From: Octopus sinensis
Lineage: Eukaryota
Assembly: GCF_006345805.1 (NCBI RefSeq)
Contig: NC_043009.1
Span: forward strand, 19,716,001 to 19,780,000
Direction: 5' to 3'
DNA: 64,000 bases
Position numbers and translations under genes: made by a program. Below, one piece after another: positions 54,988-64,000 of this stretch. Each line of letters begins with the position of its first letter. Position 1 is the stretch's first letter. Below the pieces are notes generated by a model. It saw nothing but the letters and a program-made list of their open reading frames with translations. It had not been told where the DNA came from and ran no database searches.

Positions 54988-55447
54988 TTCTTTCTCGTTA
55001 AACCAGAAAATAGACCTCTGCCAAAAATTTTGTGAAGTTCTGGATTTGCAATTGATAGCAGTTCATACTTGAGAAAAGACGGAACGACTTTCAAATTGCA
55101 ATAATTAGAAAACGAAAGTTTGCATGTTTTGCCAAAAATGATTAAAGAAATGTTTGCGTTTGCAAAACCAATGTATGTATGTATGTATGTATGTATGTAT
55201 GTATGTATGTATGTATGTATGTATGTATGCGTGTATGTATGCATGTATGTATGTGTGTGTATGTATGTGTGTGTGTGTATGTATGTATGCATGCATGTAT
55301 GTATGCATGTATGTATGCATGTACACATGTATAGATATAGATATACCTTTATGCGTGTATGTGAATACACACATAGACACTTAGATACACAAACACAGCC
55401 GCGCGCGTGCGCATACACATATATACGGGGTGAACTGGTAACAATGT

Positions 55448-55485
<38 letters not shown>

Positions 55486-55735
55486 CAATATTGATAATAA
55501 AGATTACTTCGTAGTAGTCGTTATTATTTATATTGTTGATATTTATACTCCAGGAAGCCTATATTATTAAGGAAATATATTCAGAATTGTTCAACGGAAT
55601 ATTCCTCTAATTTCTCATCTTATAAGAAGTTTATTGGATTCATATGTTAACTGTTGAATAACATATTTTGAATACCTAACTGAGAGCAAACTGGTAATTG
55701 TTTTGGGGTAATCTCTTACAATTTACAAATATATA

Positions 55736-56195
55736 CGAGGATGAATCAAAAAGTAATGCCATTTTTTTTAGGACAGGTATAATTACCAACACAGGAACAT
55801 CTATCGTACATCAAAATGAAGCTCGTCCTCTGTGGATCACATCCCTACTTCTCAACATAGCCACTTCACTACAGTTTTCACTTCCACCTCACTGGAATAA
55901 TGTTTGCCTCTCAAATCCTCTTCCGTGTGGCCGAAGAGATGATAGTCCAGTGACGAGGAAATGAAAACTGTAGTGAAGAAATGGCTCAAAGAACAGTCAA
56001 CAGAATTTTATGGGGCAGAGATACATGTTCTCATTCGAAGGTGGAACATTGCTATTGAGAGAAACGGTGACTATGTTGAGAAGTAGGGATGTGATGCACA
56101 GAGGACCAGCTTCATTTTGATGTATGATACATGTTCCTGTGTTGGTAATTATACCTGTCCTAAGCAAAATGGCATTATTTTTTGACCCACCCTCG
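55736..56195. mobile_element. Mariner-derived fold-back MITE built from two 3' ends
   Basis: TA flanks; CGAGG..TCAAAAA.TAATGCC termini; ~125-bp inverted arms; right arm encodes transposase C-terminus SDEEMKTVVKKWLKEQSTEFY..RRWNIAIERNGDYVEK*. Confidence 0.88.
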
Positions 56196-56329
56196 TATAT
56201 ATATATATATATATATTTATGTATGTGTGTGTATGTGTGTGTATGTGTGTGTGCGTGTGTGTGTTCATACACAGTCTGATGGACATATATGAAATATCTC
56301 TAAACAATACCAATAAGTCTAATAAATTT

Positions 56330-56900
56330 ACTAATACGTTACTGCAAGCGTATTGTCACTATTACTGTAGTAATACGTCACTGCTTGTATATTAAAACGT
56401 CACTGCGTGTATATTAGAGGTTATTGATGATAAATTACCAATAACGTGTAATACATAAACAGTGACGTTTTAATACATTAGCAGTGACGTATTAATACAG
56501 TAATGGTGACATTTAATGCGTTTGTAGTGACGTGTTAGTACATTAACAATGACATTTTAATACATTTACAGTGACGTATTAATACATTAATAACGATGTG
56601 TTAAATACTTTAAAATTGATGGCTTAATATATTAAATGGCATTAATTAATAGTGAGGTGGGAATCCGTTGCTAATGATGTGTTAGTATATGCGTATTCAC
56701 TGAAGAATATAAATTAACACATATTTTAATATAATTAGAGTGACGTGTTGATAGTAATGCGTTAATAGATTACGAGTTGTATGTTAATACACTAATAACG
56801 ATAAGTAATGTGTCAACATAACCGTTATGTGTTGATATATTAAGAATAATTAATTATTACACTAACCATTATATGTTAGTACATTAACAGTGACGTATTC
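56330..56900. repeat. Degenerate ~22-bp minisatellite (ACAGTGACGTATTAATACATTA) with an orientation switch
   Basis: TAATACGTCACTG units at ~56333-56410; CAGTGACGTATTA units from ~56460 onward. Confidence 0.7.
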
Positions 56901-58464
56901 ACAACCACGTGCCAACGGTCGAGATAGAAATTACAATTACTTCACTCTATGAATAATTTTGTGTTTATAAAATTACAAATTGCTGGCTTCATTTCTCTGT
57001 TTTGATTCCAGCTATTTCGGAACTATTTAATTTTACAGACCACGTGTCTCTTAACCGTATCATTTCATCGAACCAAATGATCTATTTCAAGATGGATAAT
57101 TTAGTGCAGAGCAGTATTGCAGAGTACACGCGTTCGATTCTCACTCTGTTTACTTATTAAAAAAATAATTTCTAGTAGTAGTAGTAGTAGTAGTAGTAGT
57201 ACTAGCTGGTGTTGCTGCTGTTGTTGTTACTGTAATCGTCATCGTCGTCTTCATTGCAGTCATTATCTTTTAGCCCCAATCTGGCCTGATTGATCAAAGG
57301 CATTCCAACTGTGACCAGTATGTCTAATTAGGAGTACATAGCCATTATATGCTTTCATTGTTTAAGACTGTTGGAAGGTGGCGAGGTGGGGGGAGAGTGG
57401 CAAGCGCGCCGGAGAAAGTTGGTTGCTATTTCTAAACGGTCAAGCGACCACATAGAAATTGCTTCGTTGACACGATGTCCTTTCAGTTACTATCTGAAGA
57501 CAAACCTGCTCCGACTTCATGAACAGGGTCCTCAAAAGCAGTCTCTAATGGCTTCATGTTAATTTTATTTCCGTCAGCAGCAAAAGATACAATCACCATT
57601 GCAACAAAACACGACTGCGCCCTACCTAACCCTAAACATCGACGTCACACCATTCGATCACCTAAGAAGACCCCTTCTAACGTATAGCCTCAACGAAAGA
57701 TCCATCTCAAAGATGGTTTACCCTCTTCACTGGCACAAAACAGCCGACTCCCTAACAACTACTGATCTTCTACAAATTTCGGCAGGGACTCACAGTTGAG
57801 TGCTGCACCTACATCTTGAATGGTGCCGCTGCTATACGAACATCAATTCTTGACCCAAAGACTTACTGTTATGAAATTGTTCACTCGCTCAGTCCAACAT
57901 TTGACCTGAAGTATTTCTGTGTCCTCTCATTGTGTTCTACGGTTACAACTATGACAATTGTGACAAGTGGAACAAGGGACTATTTGTGTGACCAGGGTGG
58001 AACAAATACCACAAGGCAAGTGATTACAAGAGCATCATTTTCTCGGTTTTGGATAACATTTACATCTTTCACCGATAGACATCAACGCGATATATACACC
58101 CCTCCATCCATCCATCCATCCATCCATCGATCCATACATACATCCATCGATCCATACATACATACATACATACACACATATGCGTGTGCACACACACATA
58201 AACACATATACACACGAATACATGTGTGTTTGTTTGTGGTTGTAATACTCCCTGCTTGACAATCGGCGTCGCTTTGTTTACATCCCTGCAAGTCAGTGGT
58301 TCGGCGAAAGAGAACGAAAGAATACCAGACTAAAAATATTCACTGTGGATGATTTGATCGAATAAACCTTTCCAGGCGATGCCCCGCTGACATGGCTGCG
58401 GTCCAATGGCTGGGAGAAGCAAAAGAATATCATATCTACACACACACAACATTGGGCGACTGGA

Positions 58465-58697
58465 ACCTATTTCTTTACTACCCACAAGGGGTTAAGCACA
58501 GAGAGGACAAACAATGACAGACACATGGATTAAGTCGATAATATCGACCCAGTGCGAAACTGGTACTTATTTAATCGACCCCAAAAGGATGAAAGGCAAA
58601 GTCGACCTCGGCGGAATTTGAACTCAGAACGTAGCGGCAGACGAAATACTACTGAGCATTTCGCCCGGCGTGCTAACGTTTCTGCCAGCTCGCCGCC
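58465..58697 (-). mobile_element. Family D SINE, monomer 1 with Tx1-like tail
   Basis: Close match to 20114-20348 in reverse orientation, including TTTGTCCTCTCTGTGCTTAACCCCTTGTGGGTAGTAAAGAAATA. Confidence 0.9.
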
Positions 58698-59865
58698 TTC
58701 TGGAATCACAGCATTTAGCTGTGTTTTTTTACATCTCTTTATGTTCTGAGTTCAAATCAGTCCAGCATCGTATTTATCTTTAACCCTTCCTGGGGTGAAT
58801 AAAATAAGTACAACCAACTGAGTTTGAACCCTCGCCGTGAAGTTTGTGGCTTTTGTCACGAGCTATAAATCATTCTTTGAAATCCGTGTCTTGCTGATAC
58901 ATCTTGCATTTTAGTTTAGCAATTTATTTCGTAAGAACATCGATCTGTTTGTGTTAAAATTAATTTCAATTTGATTAAACATTTTTTTATTGAATTTTTA
59001 CATATTTCTTCAATATTCTAGATTTGTTCTTAGATATTTTCAGAATCTGATCGGTGAAAATATTTAACATTATCGAATGGTTCATAGGAATCTTAATAGT
59101 TTTAAAAGTAATCTATATTCTTTTCCCAGAATGCAGAACTTTTTTGATGCTGTTAGATTAATTCCGAAAATATATTTCATTCATTGTTTCTGTGTATTAT
59201 TTTATTTTTACATTTTCCCCTTAGAAATTTAATGGTATCTGACTTCACAAAGAACTTGTGAATTCTATAAGCTACAAAGATACAATATAAATGAATCAGC
59301 TAATTCAAAATGGCTTTCGGCAAAGCTGACATAAAACTTAATCAATTAATGAATTTCGAAAGCGTGTCTTTAAAGCTGCAAATCGCTCTATCACGCCTAC
59401 TAAACAGTTTTATCGAATTCTATTGCACAAAATTGTGGATTTCCTACATGGACTTTCTATTATATTCCTTTGAAGTAATTAACCCTTTTCAGAAACATTT
59501 ACTAAAATCTCATCAATCTGCCAAGACATTTCTCACTCAGCTAATGTTTGCATACATTAATATTCAGCGTGGAAGATGTTTTATCAACATAATGCTTTTG
59601 TTATGAGATATATTTCACGGATGAAGAAATAGCAAGAATTGGTAAAGTGCCAAAAAAAATGTTTTAGAGTTTTTGTAATAAAATAAAACCCACCACAGAC
59701 CGCTACCACTCTCATTCGACTCTGCTGTTTCTTTCACATTTAGTTTTACTAAATTAACGAATGCAATTACATATTCACATAAATTATTTAACATAATTAG
59801 CACAACCACATTTAACAGTGTTACCAGCATAACCACAGCTAACATTAAATCTACAAACATAATTA

Positions 59866-60087
59866 CACCTGGAGTAAAGAGTGCTTACCAACATAACACG
59901 GCAGTCCTGGTTTAGGATGAATGTTGCTGTAATTTAGTCCTAGGAGACACCGTCTCCAGCTGGCTATACGACATGATGTGCGTCCTTATATTTTCGAATA
60001 AGGGAATCTCCTGGGGCTAAATTACAGCAACATTCGTCCTAAACCAGGACTGCCATGTTATGTTGGCAAACAATCTTTACTCCAAAG
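59866..60087. mobile_element. MITE with ~78-bp terminal inverted repeats, TA-flanked (Tc1/mariner type probable)
   Basis: 59870-59947 pairs with 60007-60084 (TGGAGTAAAGA..CCAACATAAC..GGCAGTCCTGGTTTAGGA..AATGTTGCTGTAATTTAG..AGGAGA). Confidence 0.8.
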
Positions 60088-61191
60088 TACTGTTGCTGAA
60101 TATCTCTCGTTGTGAGATTTAAAAATAGTAATAACCACACCTGTGTTAACTATTAGTTTTACTAACATAAATGTAGTTAACATTTAGTTTTAATCAACAT
60201 GACACAGTCAACATTGACATTTGATTAACATAAGCAATTAACAATTAGTTTTACTAAAGTAAACAGTTAACAGTTTTAATTAGCATAGCTACAGTTAGCT
60301 TATACTTTTAATTAATATAATCACAATTAACATTTAGTTTTAATGACTGATTTGTTGCCAGTCATTCAAGAGATTTTCCTCTGGATGCGATCTTGGATGT
60401 CTGTGTTTGAAGTAACAGCACCTCCCTCTCCCCCAGGTATAGAAACTATCCTCCCTTAAGATTCTGGAAAAGAATGTGATGTGACAGACATAGCGTCCTT
60501 ACATTCATTAGTCATTTCATCCCTGAGGTAAAAAAAAAGAAAAGAAAAACCTTTGTTGTGGCGAGAGCTCCATTCTCTGATCTGGTCCTGAGATCACTAT
60601 AGATTAATACCTGCCAGAAGAGGGCCTTCTAAGCAGATCTGGACGGACCTAGAGCAACGACATGCCCCTTCCCCCCCATAAAATAGCCATAACTTATCTA
60701 AGCCTTTAGCAGCAGTTTTCCAACCCCTTCCGAAGATGTCAAAACCTGGTGGACGGGTACTCAGGTGAATTTTGATAGACGAAGTACCCGGCCATCGACT
60801 TCAATACGACACATTTGTTACTATGATTTTGTGCCGTGATGGTATCAATCTGATCAACGCAATCGATCACCACCCGGAACAGATCACATGATAGGCAGCA
60901 TGGCTTAAAATCTATATTCTATTTGTCCTAACTGCGGAGGCCGATGATAGAAATGGTTCTCTCATTAATATTCTAATATTTTTATTAATGGTAGATGGTG
61001 GATGGTAAAACTGCTGAACTGCCGGACAAAATGATTCGAGTTGCTTAGTTACGTCCCTTGATTAAGTTTGTTATGTTGTCTTTCATTTGTCGTTCGCTCA
61101 AGTTGCCTTCACAAATACTTGGCACAGCGTGCGCGTGTATGTGACTGTGTGCGTATGTGTGTGCATATATGTGTATATATGCGTGTATTTG

Positions 61192-61279
<88 letters not shown>

Positions 61280-62109
61280 CGGGTTTATAAACAGTTTCCG
61301 TTTATCGTATTTTAACCCAAAAATATTGGTCGAACCTGAGGCCAAAATGGTCAACATTTGGCTTCTGTAAAAGACATTTGCCTCACATTTTGAACAAGAA
61401 GCGTGATCGAACTCGGAACCGTGTTATTACCAAATGAACTTCTTGACAAGCTTCCAGTCATCTCTACACCTTACTGAGATCGAATCCTGTCAACGTTGTT
61501 TTTACCTTCCATGCACGTACGACAGATAAAATATCAGTGGAGATGTTGATTGTTATTTCGTTGAAGTCTATCAAGAAGTTGTTTAATGAAGTGCCGCTAT
61601 CGACAGACGATGTATCCTTGAGCCAATGGAAAATAATTAAGATTTCTTCCAATAATTATTACGGTCAATTACCAAAGTAATTTTATTGTTTAAAGCATCG
61701 GAATCAAAACGATTTGTTATTGTTATGAATTGTTAAAATAATTGGTCATTGAAAATTTTTCTGAATATCAAGGACAGAAGAGAAAAACCAAAGATGAACT
61801 AAAAATGGTAAAATGTCTGAATAATTCACGAAGCACCATGAAATATAGAAAAATAAAATATTTTGTCCCCTTAATTAGGAAAACTATTTTGGAGAAGCTG
61901 TTAATGGTACGGGCAAGGAATAGAGGTTAAGATAAAAGGAAAGACCAAGAATTCCGTGGATTAGGGCCGATTAGAAATACAGTAGAATTTGTTAAGGTAA
62001 GGTTCTTCGACAGGTGTGTCAATTCACCTATCATTAGAGTTCCTGATTTGTACCATTCTAGTCGTTTGTATGTAGGCACAGCATCAATTAAAACCACCCC
62101 GTTAATACC

Positions 62110-62225
62110 CTAGTACTTTATTATATCGATCACAGAAGGATAAAGTTGACTGGTTGAATTTGAACCCTGAGCGTAAAGAGACGGAACCAATATTAAAATG
62201 CATTTCATGCGATACTAGCGTCTCT
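62110..62225 (-). mobile_element. Degraded family D SINE
   Basis: GAAGGATAAAGTTGAC..GAATTTGAACCCTGAGCGTAAAGAG. Confidence 0.55.
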
Positions 62226-64000
62226 ACCAATCGATCCTCGCTGCTCCCTCTTTCTCAGCATCCATTTGAAATAATTCCTCACAATCTGTAACTCTTCAAG
62301 TATAGCTTCAATTCTTGATTCTTTTTTTTTTTTTACCATTTGTTATGGAAACAAATATTTAAAATATTGAGGAAAAAATATATAAGAAAGGCTGATCTCT
62401 GCTTGTTGCTAATTCGCTGATTTGTCTACTGAACGTACGACTACACAACAATACACTTTCATTGAACTGTTTGCCCTTTCACACCCTCTTAATTGATGAA
62501 GATATCTATAAACAAGTTGTTTCGGTTTACAATATTGACACAAAATAATGTATTTATTTATCAAAACAGATATCAATTAAATACTGTTTATTTCTCCATT
62601 CACACCATTTCTATGGCTGTGTATATTTAGCTTCTACAGTCTTTATGGTTGCGTGTGTATGTGTAACTCCCACTGTTCCTATGGCTGTGTGTGTATGTAG
62701 CTTTTACTTTGTTCATGTGTGAAAATAATTGTTGTGTATTTAAAGAGGAATTTGCCGTATAAAGTATTGCGTTTGGCGCGAGCTGTTCACATAGCATTGA
62801 CACTTGTGTTGATTCCATTAAGATCTCTGATTTCCAAGTGTTTTATTAAATTCTCCTTTTCGTTTTATCACTTTGCACATTTTCGCACTTTTTATTTCTG
62901 GTTGAACATGGTCAGTGGCTGGTGACAGAACAGTCGCTCTTATATCTCCTGAGTAAACATCTATTTCACACAGAATGTGCCAGAACAATGAATGTTTCAA
63001 GGCAATTCATTGTCAGTAGCAGCGTTGCAAAGATGGCCGCCAGCAGATGGCTGTGTAGATGTGTGTGTGTGTGTGTGTGTGTACGTGTGTGTATGAGTGG
63101 ATGTGTGTGGATGTGTGTGGATGTGGATGTGTGTAGATGTGTAGATGTGTGTGACAGATGTGGAAAGTAACAACAACAAAAAAATGGAAGTAAAAAAGGT
63201 AGGGTTGGGTAATAAAGGTCTAAGTAGTTGTAGGAGTGGCAGGAGGAGTAGATGGAGAGGAGGAGGAGATACAAAGAAGAAGAAGAAGAAGAAGAAGAAG
63301 AAGAAGAAGAAGAAGATGATGATGATCAAGATGCTGCTGCTGCTGATGATGATGATGACGATGAAGAAAAAGAAGGTATTAATTTCAAAGTGAAAATGGC
63401 CAGTTATGCTCTTGAATAAGAAACTGAATTAAAAGCTTGAGTCACGGAGAAATATCTTTTCTTCGTTTAATTTATTTAATTTATATTTTTGTGCTCCCCC
63501 CCCCTTCTCAAAATGGCTTCTGAAGATTTCTAATAATTATAATGGCGATTCTGTTAATTGACAGACGGTCAGAGACTAACAATTCTGTAATGTACTGGCA
63601 TAAGTATCATCATTAATGTATGAAACGGTTTGCCAGTTCTTTTAAGTCGAAGCCCGATTGTTATTTAAATGTGACAGCTACTAAGAGCTTTTCAACAACT
63701 AAATACAGAGAGATTTTTTTTGTCTAAACATTTCAGATACACTTTATAAGCAATTAATATGTTTTGGACGACGAAGAATATAATAGAATCGAACCGAAAT
63801 TTGCGAAAAACAAAACAGGAATTATGAAATCAAGGAAACAAAAATGGAGAAATATCAGACAATTTATCTCGAAATATCTATTTCTTGAAGTTTTAAACTA
63901 AAAAAAAAAATGTAACTTAATTATTTTTGCTGTATTTTGCGTGTTATATATTTTGAGTTCACGGTGTATAATTGCACGTACATGCATTCATACATATATC

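Noticed and set aside
55814-55830. GAAGCTCGTC resembling the start of miR-993
   Set aside because: Lies inside the mariner-derived inverted arm; match limited to about 10 nt
57560-58080. Possible CR1-like 3' remnant (TMRGH) on the minus strand
   Set aside because: Too degraded to support

Overview
AT-rich, microsatellite-saturated animal genomic DNA, most likely an Octopus/coleoid cephalopod (inferred from the repeat repertoire). I found no credible host protein-coding exon, so this is probably intronic or intergenic DNA; almost all listed ORFs are translations of simple repeats. Recognisable content is transposon-derived: a near full-length but disabled Tx1/L1-clade LINE (~26550-32390; CCHC-knuckle ORF1, APE+RT ORF2) sitting inside a (TATC)n array; R4/Dong-clade LINE fragments; a Ty3/Gypsy RT remnant; a full-length mariner, a maT-like element and MITE/fold-back derivatives; and four tRNA-headed SINE families. 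Best leads: (1) the Tx1 element may be (GATA/TATC)n-specific; (2) its 3' terminal 44 nt match the tail of the most abundant SINE family here, suggesting a SINE-LINE partnership; (3) three type I hammerhead ribozymes with palindromic stem III and enlarged stem II lie in non-coding Penelope/retrozyme-like elements, two of them followed by a shared (G)CTGCTATTTCTA motif, and near-perfect fold-back palindromes are associated with this family; (4) a 550-bp non-coding element sits inside an (ATT)n array, a candidate Dong-dependent non-autonomous element. All identifications are by eye, with no database searches run; boundaries of degenerate elements are approximate.
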